Origin: an uncultured delta proteobacterium
Lineage (GTDB): Bacteria; Desulfobacterota; Desulfomonilia; UBA1062
Direction of reading: 5' to 3'
Length of the DNA stretch: 64,000 bases
Assembly (NCBI GenBank): GCA_963785235.1
Contig: CAWAUM010000005.1
Span: 128,001 to 192,000, forward strand
The notes beneath the pieces were generated by a model. The model worked only from the letters and a program-made list of their open reading frames with translations, searched no databases and had not been told where the DNA came from. Positions within the stretch are counted from its first letter, which is position 1. Each line of letters starts with the position of its first letter. Shown in pieces: positions 32,876 through 45,543 of the stretch. The translations under genes and the position numbers were made by a program.

Positions 32876-33415
32876 ATGAGTCCCAATATACCACTCCCCA
32901 GCATTAAGAGCCTTCCCCAGGAAATCAAAGTACTCGTTGAAGCATTCCCACTCAACGTTTTCTTAATGACAGCGAATGCGCCTTCAAGCTTTAAAGGGTT
33001 AGGTGAATTAGCTCGTTCCATTTTATTTGATAGCGAATTCGAACCACGAAAACGCGAAATTGCTGTGCTCCGAGTTGCCCATGTAACACGCTCAATCTAC
33101 GAGTGGACCCACCATGTTGCTGTTGCAAAGGGTTATGGGCTCACTGATGATGAGATCGTAAAGATAAGAACCGAAGACCCGGTGATATCCCTTGGCGATG
33201 AAGGCAATCTCCTGTGCCGCGTTGCTGATGAAATCAGCAGAGACGTCAAGCTCAGTGATGAGGCCCTCACCCAAATCCTCAGTCATTATGGCGTTCGTGG
33301 TGCGACTGAACTCATCTTATGCGTAAGTTACTTCAATTTTCTCAGCAGATTCCTTGAATCCACTCGAGTAGAACTGGAAGATGAGGGTGTATTTAAAATG
33401 ATTCATAAAACATAG
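32876..33415 (+). CDS. Carboxymuconolactone decarboxylase/AhpD-like family protein
   Basis: REIAVLRVAH..SIYEWTHH..A...GL; lacks the AhpD CxxC. Confidence 0.8.
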   Translation: MSPNIPLPSIKSLPQEIKVLVEAFPLNVFLMTANAPSSFKGLGELARSILFDSEFEPRKREIAVLRVAHVTRSIYEWTHHVAVAKGYGLTDDEIVKIRTEDPVISLGDEGNLLCRVADEISRDVKLSDEALTQILSHYGVRGATELILCVSYFNFLSRFLESTRVELEDEGVFKMIHKT

Positions 33416-33419
33416 AATA

Positions 33420-34580
33420 TCATTGTGATGTCGTGAAGACCCCGCCGCGTTGCCGGATCAGGTCGATCAACGCCTGTTTCTTGCCAATGACCGCCAGATC
33501 GCCCACGGTGTACCTTTCTCCTCCGGACAGGTAGTGCCGCTTGAGGTCACATCCCGATTCAATGAGGACGCGGGCGATTTCGTCATGGCCTTTTATGATC
33601 GCCCTGAACACAGGGGGATCTTCATCATTCTCTCCATCGGGCAGTGCACCCTTCGAGAGTAACAAATTGACCATTTCAAAATTCCCCGATTGTATCGCTA
33701 TCTCCAGAGGCGTACTGAGTATCATTTTGTTTTTCATGTTTACATTCGCACCGGCTTCAATGAGCAGGCGGGCCAGGTCCGGCCGATTTTTCTCCAGCGC
33801 CAGATGCAGCGGACTCTGATCGTGCTCGGTGAGAGTGTTGATCCCCTTTTTCTTCATGATCAGATCACGGGCCTCATCAAAGCGATTTTGTTCCAAGGCC
33901 TCTATTAATCCGTAACCAAAGCCCAATCGCATCTGTTTGACAAAAGGAATCAGTGCACCAGCCAGCGCGACAATGAGCACCACCGCTATGAAAATTCCTG
34001 TCCCCTTCATGAGAGCTCTGACGGTTATGGGGCCAACCTTGTCAGACAGAATCGAGTTGTACTGATCAGTTGCAAATTTTGACATCTCCATACCGGCCGG
34101 GGTATCCAGGGAAGGAATGACAATGTTTCCTATGAGTAAAGGAATGAACACAAAGCAAAGGCCGAACATAAGGATGCAGAGGTCTCGAAAATACAGAGAG
34201 TAGAACCCTGCCAGACGATGTTCTCCGTATGGCAATGACGAGACGATGATTTCAACCTCCTGTCCGGGCTTGAAATGCGTGATGATGTGATGTTTGGATT
34301 CTCTCACCTGTATTTTCTGACCATCTTTTGCGATAAACTCGAATTCAGGATAACTCATATAAGAAGTGGTGTCTTGAAAATCCACTTCGCCGAATTGGTT
34401 GGTGCTGGAACTCCGCGATACGACCTCCTCGTCATAGTAGCCCTTAAAGATGCCTTTTGTCCGCTCCGGAGTGTTTTTGACAAAAGTATACGTGGATAGC
34501 ATCTCCCAACCTCCGTAAAGAGAGATTAAGATGCCGGCAATAATGAATACAGCCAGGATACATTTAAGAACAGTTGCCAT
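33420..34580 (-). CDS. Membrane protein with DUF3592-like N-terminal domain and C-terminal ankyrin repeats
   Basis: N-terminal TM, YPEFEF..DG..GQEVEI, two more TM; SPLHLA..LARLLIEAGANVN, TPLEIA..MVNLLLSKGA. Confidence 0.82.
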   Translation of the reverse strand: MATVLKCILAVFIIAGILISLYGGWEMLSTYTFVKNTPERTKGIFKGYYDEEVVSRSSSTNQFGEVDFQDTTSYMSYPEFEFIAKDGQKIQVRESKHHIITHFKPGQEVEIIVSSLPYGEHRLAGFYSLYFRDLCILMFGLCFVFIPLLIGNIVIPSLDTPAGMEMSKFATDQYNSILSDKVGPITVRALMKGTGIFIAVVLIVALAGALIPFVKQMRLGFGYGLIEALEQNRFDEARDLIMKKKGINTLTEHDQSPLHLALEKNRPDLARLLIEAGANVNMKNKMILSTPLEIAIQSGNFEMVNLLLSKGALPDGENDEDPPVFRAIIKGHDEIARVLIESGCDLKRHYLSGGERYTVGDLAVIGKKQALIDLIRQRGGVFTTSQ

Positions 34581-34906
34581 GAATATTTACCTCCACGTTC
34601 AACCGGTCAATTTATGTCCGAACTTTGTTCCAATGAAGCATGTTGAAGTGTGGAACTTTATATCATTTTATTTCGTGGTTTAACAGGGTACTGAAGTCAA
34701 ATCCCCAAACTTCGGTTTTCAGAAGGGATGAAACCGAGATGAACCAGCGATCTGTAATCCAACCTCAGGAGAAGATGACCGGGGTTTTTATGAAAGGCAG
34801 GGTCTGTCAACGCTTTTTAGAAATGTCCCCATCATGTGATTCATGGTAGAGACCTAGCCCTATCTTAGGTACATTCAAACTTAGAATCTGTGTTTACTGA
34901 CGGGTT

Positions 34907-36304
34907 CTAAGAACAGCAGATTTTCTTCCCACGCTTGCGGAAGTGCTCTTTTGCAGCAGATAAAAAAGCGACACAGCGGGCCATCTCATCGAAGACCGGG
35001 ATGCCCATGTCTTCAAGCCCGGACCTGCAGTTTTTCATGCGCTCGCCTATGCCTGTAAGCCATGCAACAACAGGCTTCCCGAGTTCATCCTTCAGCCTGG
35101 CCAGATTCTTGAACATGGAGCTTTCCACCATGCCGGTGAAGATGTGAATAATGACAGAGTCCACCAGGTCATCATGCATGATTGCCTCGGAAACCGAGGT
35201 GTAAACCTTTTCTATGCCGCTGTATTCGATGGCCGGCCATATGTCTGCCGGGTTTGACGGGTCCATCCAGGGGGGATAGACTTCTTTAAGGGCAGTAAGG
35301 GTTCCTGGGCTCAGTTCTGCAAGGCTTAACCCAGACTCATAGATCATATCGGAGGTGACTATGCCTCCGCCGCCTGAAAAGGTTACTACGGCAGTACCGG
35401 CATGGTCGTAGACCCTGCAATGTCTGGTCTTTGAGAAGCCCCTGAGAAAATCCATGAGCTCAGTCACATCCGTTACCTCTGTGATGCCCGATTGTCTCAT
35501 GGCCGAGCGGAGAATCGTGTGGTCGCCTGCCATGCTTGCCGTATGGCTCATGGCCGCCTTTGCACCGCCGGGGCTGCGACCGCCCTTGAGCAGCACAATG
35601 GGTTTGTCAGTTCCGGATGCGAGTTTGATGAATCTTCTGGGATCGGCGATGGACTCTGCATAGAGCCCGATAACATCAGTGGTTGCGTCATTGATGAAGT
35701 ACTCTAAAAGTTCTGTCTCGCTCACATCGCACTTGTTGCCGATGGAGCACATCTTGTTGATGGCGAGCCCTCCACGTTCAAGGATCATCATAAGAAATCC
35801 TGCCGAGAGCATGCCACTCTGGACGGTCATGGAGACATCGCCGGGCTTGAGGAGCGTCTTCCAAATGTCTGTGTACATGAATGATAAGACATGGCCCGTA
35901 TGGGAATCAAGCAGCCCCATGCAGTTGGGTCCCCAGAGCCTTATGCCATGCATTTTCGCAAGGGCGACACACTCTTCCTGCATCTTCCTTCCCTCAGGCC
36001 CCGCCTCGGCAAAGCCTGCTGACTCGATGATGATGCCCTTTACCTTCTTTTTTGCGCATTCCTCGATGGTCTTTATAAGAGCGGGGGCCGGGATGAAGAA
36101 AATGGCCAGGTCGAAGTGGGCAGGGATTGATGATACATCAGGAAAGCAGTGCCTTCCAAGGAGAGATTCATAGCGCGGGTTGACCGGGTAAACATCCCCC
36201 TTATAGCTTTGCAGCGTATTGTTGAGGAGGTGAAACCCGCCCTTAGCCTTGTTGTCGCTGGCACCGATGACTGCAATGCCCTTGGGTTTGAAAAAAAAAT
36301 CCAT
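34907..36304 (-). CDS. ADP-forming acyl-CoA synthetase, alpha (CoA-binding) subunit
   Basis: IAVIGAS, YPVNP, SAGFAE, GPNCMG, QSGM, SIGNKCD, AAMSHTASMAG (phospho-His), SGGGG, NPAD. Confidence 0.9.
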   Translation of the reverse strand: MDFFFKPKGIAVIGASDNKAKGGFHLLNNTLQSYKGDVYPVNPRYESLLGRHCFPDVSSIPAHFDLAIFFIPAPALIKTIEECAKKKVKGIIIESAGFAEAGPEGRKMQEECVALAKMHGIRLWGPNCMGLLDSHTGHVLSFMYTDIWKTLLKPGDVSMTVQSGMLSAGFLMMILERGGLAINKMCSIGNKCDVSETELLEYFINDATTDVIGLYAESIADPRRFIKLASGTDKPIVLLKGGRSPGGAKAAMSHTASMAGDHTILRSAMRQSGITEVTDVTELMDFLRGFSKTRHCRVYDHAGTAVVTFSGGGGIVTSDMIYESGLSLAELSPGTLTALKEVYPPWMDPSNPADIWPAIEYSGIEKVYTSVSEAIMHDDLVDSVIIHIFTGMVESSMFKNLARLKDELGKPVVAWLTGIGERMKNCRSGLEDMGIPVFDEMARCVAFLSAAKEHFRKRGKKICCS

Positions 36305-36547
36305 AGATGCTTTAACCCTTTTTATGCATGCGGATAACCATTGCATAGAGGATTTAACACCCCTTGTCAATTATGGCCCGAAGACCAAACTATGGTGAAG
36401 AGGCATAAGGCGTCAATGGCATAACATGGCCACGTTCATTTCCATTAGATTTCGCAATATGATGATATCATGATGCCTTATCCAGTTATCAAAGGTGGCA
36501 TGGCATTCGCAAATACCTTTATAAAAACCAATATGGGATTCTATTAG

Positions 36548-36844
36548 ATGGGATCTGACAGCACAGGCATGAACTTATGCGGCATCTGCAATGAAAGGCA
36601 GGCCATCACAGAGTGCGATGGCTGCCTGAGGCCTTTATGCAAGAAATGCCGGGATATTGAAATATGGCGTACTGCACATGAGGAGATCATCATCAAGTCC
36701 TTCTGCCGCGAGTGCAGGGATAATGATCAGGTGAACCCGCATGGCCGGGAAGTCAAAGTGTTCGGCCTTGGCCAGGTAACGGATATGGTCAACCAGGAAC
36801 AGCATAAGATGCATAAGTTCAAGATCAGGCTGAAGATCAGATAG
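36548..36844 (+). CDS. Small putative Zn-finger protein with four CxxC pairs
   Basis: CGIC, CDGC, CKKC, CREC in 98 aa. Confidence 0.7.
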   Translation: MGSDSTGMNLCGICNERQAITECDGCLRPLCKKCRDIEIWRTAHEEIIIKSFCRECRDNDQVNPHGREVKVFGLGQVTDMVNQEQHKMHKFKIRLKIR

Positions 36845-37097
36845 GAAAGAAAAACCATAAGGTTATGGTTTTCTGACCATAAATAATAAATGACTTATTG
36901 GGTGCAGCCACCAGACGGATGGAAATCATAATAACAGAATAAAGTATAATCAGCATGTTACAAATAAAAAGCCCATGGCATGCATTTAGCAATATATAAT
37001 GAAGAAAGACAGCAATGATAACGGGAGCCAGAAAAAACTGAGGAAAGAATAGGAAAGTCAATACTCAAAAAAACAAAGTAACTGAAACCTCCTTTTA

Positions 37098-37154
37098 ATG
37101 CCAGAAGATGGGACACTCCATTCCGCAACCGTCCCTACCTAATTCTTCTGGCAT
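37098..37154 (+). other. Structured intergenic element/possible terminator
   Basis: ATGCCAGAAGA/TCTTCTGGCAT 11-bp stem with inner GGGAC/GTCCC pairing, followed by a T run. Confidence 0.45.
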
Positions 37155-37375
37155 ATTTTTTTGTCTTAATATGTTTAAGGCATAAATGTACAATTAATAA
37201 GGTTAAAGGGGTAATGACATCTACCAAACCTAGAGACCATACACTTGAGCCTCATAACCTATCCTTAAGCCCTGCACCTTAAACATAAACTTTTAAGGCC
37301 TTTTTCCTTGACAACACCCGGTACATTCATTAATAGCTCTTCATTCTTTGAACGACCATGTTTTCGAGGTGCGTC

Positions 37376-37687
37376 ATGTATGCGGTTATAAGGACAGGCG
37401 GCAAGCAGTACAAGGTAGAAGAAGGCGATACTCTGCGAGTAGAGAAGCTGGAAGCAGCCAAGGGTGATACGGTAACCTTCGGCGATGTCCTGCTCATAGG
37501 CGGAGAAGACTACACAATCGGATCACCCACAGTCAAGGGTGCCCAGGTCAGCGCTTCTGTAGTGCGGCAATTCAAGGACAAGAAGATCATCGTGTTCAAG
37601 ATGAAGCGCAGGAAGAGATACCGCAAGACACAGGGACACAGGCAAAACCTGACTGAAGTCCGTATCACCAAGATAGCGAAAGAATAG
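37376..37687 (+). CDS. rplU: 50S ribosomal protein L21
   Basis: [28 protein letters not shown]. Confidence 0.98.
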   Translation: MYAVIRTGGKQYKVEEGDTLRVEKLEAAKGDTVTFGDVLLIGGEDYTIGSPTVKGAQVSASVVRQFKDKKIIVFKMKRRKRYRKTQGHRQNLTEVRITKIAKE

Positions 37688-37702
37688 GAGGCGAGTCGAG
37701 CC

Positions 37703-40097
<2,395 letters not shown>

Positions 40098-40098
<1 letters not shown>

Positions 40099-41351
40099 TG
40101 TCGAGTCAGGAGATTAAGGATATCGCTGTCAATGCCAAGAGGGCTTCCCGTGTTCTTGCCGGATTATCCAGCATGAAGAAGACCGAGGTCCTCAAACACA
40201 TGGCAGGCTCATTGAGACAGAAGGCCGGCTTCCTCAAAAAAGAGAATGCAAAGGATCTGGAGCAGGCTGCAAAAACAGGCCTGAGCGGCGCCATGACGGA
40301 CAGGCTCACATTAAGCGACAATGTCATTGAAGGCATGGCCCGGGCACTTGATGACATAGCAGACCAGGCCGACCCGGTAGGCAAGATTACGGACATGATC
40401 AGAAGACCCAATGGACTTATGGTGGGCAGGATGCGCATCCCCATCGGAGTGGTGGCGATTATTTACGAGTCGAGGCCAAATGTCACGTCTGATGCAGCAG
40501 GGCTGTGCCTGAAGTCGGGAAACGCCGTTATCCTGAGAGGCGGCTCAGAGGCCATTCACTCAAATATGGCAATCATAGAGGTCTTGAAAGATTCTTTGAC
40601 ACATTCCGGCATCGATCCGGATGTGATCGGTTTCATCCCGGTTACTGACCGGCAGGCAATTCTGGACATGCTCAAGCTGGAAGATTTCATCGACCTTGTC
40701 ATCCCCAGAGGAGGGGAGGGCCTTATAAGAACGGTTTCACAGAATTCACTCATCCCCGTGCTCAAGCATTATAAGGGTGTGTGCCATATCTTCGTGGACA
40801 GGCAGGCTGACCTTGAAAAGGCCTATTCCATCTGCCTCAATGCAAAGGTCCAGCGTCCAGGAGTATGCAATGCCATGGAAACGCTGCTCATCGATGGGCC
40901 TATTGCGGGTATATTTCTGACCAAGATGGCCCAGATCTATACGCTCCATGGCGTTGAACTCAGGGGTTGCCCAAGATGCCAGGCGTTCTTCCCGGAAATG
41001 AAGGCAGCTACAGAGGATGACTGGTATGCAGAATTTCTTGACCTGATCCTTGCCGTGAAGATCGTAGAAGACCTCAACGAGGCCATTGACCACATCGAGA
41101 AATACAGCTCAAACCATACCGAGGCCATCATAACGGAAAATTATTCAAGGGCCATGGAATTCATAAACCAGGTAGACTCATCAACGGTCCTGGTGAATGC
41201 AAGTACACGTTTTTCCGACGGTGGCGAGTTCGGCCTGGGTGCGGAGGTGGGCATCAGCACCTCAAAGGTTCATGCATATGGGCCCATGGGGATAGAAGAC
41301 CTCACAATCCGGAAGTTCGTCTGTTTCGGGGACGGTCAGATCAGGCAATGA
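40098..41351 (+). CDS. proA: Gamma-glutamyl phosphate reductase
   Basis: IIYESRPNVT, LRGGSEA, VCNAMETLL, NASTRFSDG, GISTSKVHAYGPMG. Confidence 0.97.
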
Positions 41352-41990
41352 GGCTGGGAATCTTCGGCGGAACCTTCAATCCGATCCACATGGGGCACCT
41401 GCGTGTTGCGGAAGAGGTAAGGGAGGCGCTTAGGCTGGAAAAGATCATCTTCGTACCTTCCTATCTCCCGCCGCATAAAGAACTCTCCCATAATGTAACA
41501 GGGGCAAGGCGGCTCGAGATAGTAAAGATGGCGCTGAAGTCGAATCCTTTTTTCGAGATATCGTCCTTCGAGGTGGACAGTCAGGGAAACTCATATTCCA
41601 TTAAAACCATCGAGCATATCCGGGGATTGTACGATTGCACTCCCTATTTCATCCTCGGCCGGGATGCATTCAATGAGATATCCAGCTGGTATCAGTCACA
41701 GATGCTCTTCGACCTCGCCCACTTTGTGGTCATGTCACGTCCCGGTGCGCCTGTTTGCCCGCTGATTGAAGTGCTGGGTGAAGAAGCAAAGATCTTCCAG
41801 GTCAACCCCAAGGGGGTTTATCAATGAGCTTGGTAATGAGATTATATTTGTAGAAGTAACGTCCTATGCGGTATCATCTTCCCGGATCCGCGAACTATGT
41901 AAAAAAGGGAGATCCATAAGATATCTCGTACCTGAGGAGGTGCATGATTATATCAGACAAGAAAAAATCTACAGCGAGGATCAAGCCTGA
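41348..41990 (+). CDS. nadD: Nicotinate-nucleotide adenylyltransferase (frameshift near 41800)
   Basis: FGGTFNPIHMGH, PPHK; VSSSRIR and SIRYLVPEEV in another frame. Confidence 0.95.
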
Positions 41991-42297
41991 TTGGAGTGCC
42001 TATGTTGCGGCATTGGAAGACAAAAAGGCAACTGACATCGCCGTGCTGGATGTGCAAGGGGTTTGCTCCTTCACGGATCACATCATCATCTGCACCGGCA
42101 TGTCCGACAGGCAGATCAAGGCCATGGCTGATCATATCATCGGCACCTTCGGAAAGCCCTTGGGTAAAGAGGGCATAGAGCAGGGGCGGTGGGTGCTCCT
42201 GGATTATTTTGATGTAGTCATACACATCTTCCAGGACGAATTACGGCACTACTATGATATGGAAAGCATGTGGTACGAGGCCAAAAGGATTCGTTAG
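41944..42297 (+). CDS. rsfS: Ribosome silencing factor
   Basis: DKKATDI.VLDV, WVLLDY.DVVIHIF, R.YYDMESMW; start uncertain. Confidence 0.95.
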   Translation: MIISDKKKSTARIKPDWSAYVAALEDKKATDIAVLDVQGVCSFTDHIIICTGMSDRQIKAMADHIIGTFGKPLGKEGIEQGRWVLLDYFDVVIHIFQDELRHYYDMESMWYEAKRIR

Positions 42298-42708
42298 GTG
42301 AAGATCGTCTTTAGCTTTTCGAATAAAACCCATCAGGGGCCCATCAAAGAATTAGTGGATGAATATGCCAAGAGATTACAGAAGTATGCGCCCCTCGAAA
42401 TCATCGAATCAAAGGAACTTCATCCGCAATCCAGGGAAGGCAAACATATTGTTCTCGTGCCGAATGGAAGCACTCTGAGCTCTGAAGGTCTGGCTAAGCT
42501 TCTTGAACGATACCAGATTTCAGGGACCAAACATCTTTTCTTCTATGTGGGAGGCCCTGAAGGGCTTCCGAAAAGTGTGCTGGACAATGCCGACATGTCG
42601 TTGTCCCTTTCAAGTATGGTATTCAATCACCAGATCGTGCGAATAATGCTTTTGGAACAAGTCTACCGGGCCTTCACGATTATACGCGGCGAGCCCTATC
42701 ATAAATAG
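42298..42708 (+). CDS. rlmH: 23S rRNA (pseudouridine1915-N3)-methyltransferase
   Basis: VGGPEGL, LSLSSMVFNHQIVRIMLLEQVYRA..I..GEPYHK. Confidence 0.93.
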   Translation: MKIVFSFSNKTHQGPIKELVDEYAKRLQKYAPLEIIESKELHPQSREGKHIVLVPNGSTLSSEGLAKLLERYQISGTKHLFFYVGGPEGLPKSVLDNADMSLSLSSMVFNHQIVRIMLLEQVYRAFTIIRGEPYHK

Positions 42709-42867
42709 GTTACATAAGAAGCATAGAGAATTGCTGATGTGTGTTAATTGTGATCCCTGTTGGTGTTTTTGACCGTTGCTCTTTTGCAGAGAATCAATGT
42801 ATTATAAGAAGAAAAAGACGGGTTTGGAAGAAGCGCACGTCTAGTATACTTGGGAATTGGAGGAGTC

Positions 42868-43356
42868 ATGCTTTATTTGAAGATTATGGATGTTCTGAAA
42901 ACCGATGCCGAGCAACTGTCCAAAAGGGTTGTAAAAGATTTATTGAACAGAGGCGAGACGGATTACCATAAGAGGTATTCTGAAGATATTATGTATGAGC
43001 GGGTATATGATGTGTATAGCACATTGAGCTACTGGCTTGACAGGGCCCGTCCTAAAGAGGAGATACAGAAGCACTTCAAGGAGATTGGGAAAAGGCGCTT
43101 TGAAGACGGCATCCCGCTGCATGAGGTAATCATGTTCTTGATGCTCATTAAAAGACATCTCTGGCTGTATCTGCTTGAGAAGCACTTCTTTGAATCTTCT
43201 TATGAGCTTATGAAGAGTCTTGAGATAAACAACCGTATCGTGCTTTTCTTTGACCGGGCCATTCTTGCATCGAGCATCGGGTATGAGGAAGAGCTTGTCA
43301 AATATGTGAAGTCGGGTTCCGAGAGCCTGCTGAGCAAGTTCTTCAAGAAGAAGTAA
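42868..43356 (+). CDS. Hypothetical helical protein, RsbRD-N-like (paralog A)
   Basis: GKRRFEDGIPLHEV..LIKRHLW..FFDRA; GGAGG RBS; family call tentative. Confidence 0.7.
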   Translation: MLYLKIMDVLKTDAEQLSKRVVKDLLNRGETDYHKRYSEDIMYERVYDVYSTLSYWLDRARPKEEIQKHFKEIGKRRFEDGIPLHEVIMFLMLIKRHLWLYLLEKHFFESSYELMKSLEINNRIVLFFDRAILASSIGYEEELVKYVKSGSESLLSKFFKKK

Positions 43357-43499
43357 GCCCGGGAGATTTCCCGGAAGGCCATTGGTCAGGCATGGCTGTC
43401 CATTTTGTAAAAAAATGGCTTTGAACTCTTCCTTTGTTCAAAGATTACTATATAATAACTCAATATACAGGTGAAGATCTCAACTATGAGGGAGGCCAT

Positions 43500-43982
43500 A
43501 TGATATCAGAGAAGCTTGTTGAAATGATCAAGGAAAACGCTGACACATTGACCAACCGTCTCTGCAAGGACCTGCTGAGCAGGGAGGAGACCAAGGGCTA
43601 CAGGAAACTGAATAAAGACAGCGTCTATGAACGTGTGTACGATGTATACAGCAGGCTCGATTCCTGGCTCGTGGGGGACAAGGTAAGAGGCGAGATCAAG
43701 GATCATTACATGAAACTGGGGAAACAGCGGTTTCATGAGGGTATCGAACTGAGCGATGTGGTTATGGCGCTTCAGCTCATCAAAAGGCATCTATGGCTCT
43801 ATGTGCAAGAGGTGAATTATTTTGATTCATCGTTTCAGCTCATGCAGGCGCTTGAATTCAACAACCGGGTCGTGTGGTTTTTTGACCGCGCCATTTATTT
43901 TACCTGCGTGGGATATGAAGAAGAAGTGATTAAAACTCAGGGGAAACCCCAAGGCAGTATCATAGCCAGGATGTTTAAATAA
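43500..43982 (+). CDS. Hypothetical helical protein, RsbRD-N-like (paralog B)
   Basis: Clear tandem paralog of the preceding gene; GGAGG RBS. Confidence 0.7.
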   Translation: MISEKLVEMIKENADTLTNRLCKDLLSREETKGYRKLNKDSVYERVYDVYSRLDSWLVGDKVRGEIKDHYMKLGKQRFHEGIELSDVVMALQLIKRHLWLYVQEVNYFDSSFQLMQALEFNNRVVWFFDRAIYFTCVGYEEEVIKTQGKPQGSIIARMFK

Positions 43983-43996
43983 AGCTTGCTCTGAAA

Positions 43997-45214
43997 TTAT
44001 TGGCTCCCGGAGCAGACCGAATCGGCCCACCCAAGGGCATCAAGGTATATCTTCGGAAGTTTGTCATGTGATATGTGCAGAGTTTCGGCAAGGCTGCTCA
44101 CCTCTTCCCATGCGGCATTCTGATAACTCATTGCAAGATCGAGGTAGTTACTCAAGGCGTTCTTTTTGCCCAGAAGGGCCTTTTTGATGTTATCAGCAAG
44201 AGGAAGTTTTTTCATAATATTTTCCATGGTGTTGTCCAAGATGGCATCAATGTGGGAGAACATACCAAGGGTGAAAAGCTCGGAAGTGTCAGGGCCTATG
44301 CCCTGTTCCAGTCTCAATTTTTCACACATGCGGGCGCGTATGACCGAGCTCTTGAGCAGTTCATCCGGCTTGTCCTGGCTTAGCTCAGAAAGGATGATTA
44401 CCGACAGAAAGTTTCCGACCCCTTTTTCTCCAAGCATGACAATGGCCTGATGGATGGATGATATCTCCTGTCTCCTCCTGAAAAAAGGTGAGTTGAGGTA
44501 TCGTAACAACTTATACGATATACCCACATCCTGTTCGATGAGCTTTTGCAGCTTTGATACATTAAAAGTGTCGCCTTTAACTTCGGCTATGATCCTCAGG
44601 AGGTTCATCTTGAGCGCCGGAATCTCAGTCTCTTTGATAACCTGGGGTTTGCTGAAAAAATATCCCTGGAAATAGGTAAAACCCATCTTGAGGGCTTCCT
44701 CGAATTCAATTGCCGTTTCAACCTTTTCTGCAAGGAGCTTGATGTCTCTGGGGAGAAAGAGCCTGCAATAGTCATCAATCTGTTCTTTCGTGCTCTTCAT
44801 GAAATCGACCTTGATAATTTGTGCAAGGTCGATAACCGGTTCAAGGGCGGGCATGTACTCGAAATCGTCCAGGGCAATGTCATAGCCCTGGCGTGAAAGT
44901 TCTGCACACACGTCTATAACTTGTGCATCTGGTTCTACGTCCTCAAGAATTTCTATAGTGGTAAACTGTGGAGGGAACATCAGGGGAATCTTTTTTACAA
45001 GAAGTGATTTTGTGAAATTGATAAAGGCCCTTTTCCCACTGGTGAGTTGATCTACACCCGTGTTGAAGAAGGTGTTGGAGAGCACTCGGGATGTTGCGCT
45101 GTCGCCGTCTATACCGGTAAAATAATTTTCCGTACCCCCCCTGAAGAGGAGCTCATAGGCATAAATATCCTTCGTTCTGGTGAAGATAGGTTGCCGGGCT
45201 ATATATATGTCCAT
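43997..45214 (-). CDS. EAL-HDOD domain protein (putative c-di-GMP phosphodiesterase)
   Basis: IARQPIF, YELLFR, IALDDF, KVD, AEKVET, FQGYFF; HDOD LLRYLNS, SIHQAIVMLG. Confidence 0.92.
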   Translation of the reverse strand: MDIYIARQPIFTRTKDIYAYELLFRGGTENYFTGIDGDSATSRVLSNTFFNTGVDQLTSGKRAFINFTKSLLVKKIPLMFPPQFTTIEILEDVEPDAQVIDVCAELSRQGYDIALDDFEYMPALEPVIDLAQIIKVDFMKSTKEQIDDYCRLFLPRDIKLLAEKVETAIEFEEALKMGFTYFQGYFFSKPQVIKETEIPALKMNLLRIIAEVKGDTFNVSKLQKLIEQDVGISYKLLRYLNSPFFRRRQEISSIHQAIVMLGEKGVGNFLSVIILSELSQDKPDELLKSSVIRARMCEKLRLEQGIGPDTSELFTLGMFSHIDAILDNTMENIMKKLPLADNIKKALLGKKNALSNYLDLAMSYQNAAWEEVSSLAETLHISHDKLPKIYLDALGWADSVCSGSQ

Positions 45215-45513
45215 GGGTTTATCACTATATCGACTATGGCAAGTTGTATCTTGATTCGGAGTTTTGTAATGCAAGTACCCTTGGTCTTTAGGATGATCCT
45301 GAAGTCAGTCATCTCCTGGTCGAAACGTGATGTGTACGAGAGATGACCAAAGGGCTTGTGCTGAAAATCAATCAGAAAATATCTATAAAATTGATTTTAG
45401 TGTTATACCGTATTCACCGCTGAGAACTAACGAAAACAAAGGTTTATTATGTCTTATGTGATCAATATTAGTGAGTTATGAAAGTAAATAACATTACTAA
45501 AAGAGATTTGTCC

Positions 45514-45543
45514 TTGACCCAACTCGTATTTTACCATTATAAT
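45514..45543 (+). promoter_or_regulatory. Putative sigma70 promoter for the ADH-ferredoxin-reductase operon
   Basis: TTGACC-N18-TATAAT about 165 nt upstream of the ATG. Confidence 0.45.

Noticed and set aside
36837-37061. 74-aa hydrophobic minus-strand ORF
   Set aside because: Hydrophobicity follows from the T-rich composition; start is too far from the AAGGAGG
37170-37300. Degenerate short repeats (CCTTAA-like)
   Set aside because: Too irregular to define a repeat unit; no repeat-spacer periodicity, so not CRISPR
37308-37336. TTGACA upstream of rplU, and similar hexamers at 50200 and 63078
   Set aside because: No adequate -10 element at 16-18 nt spacing
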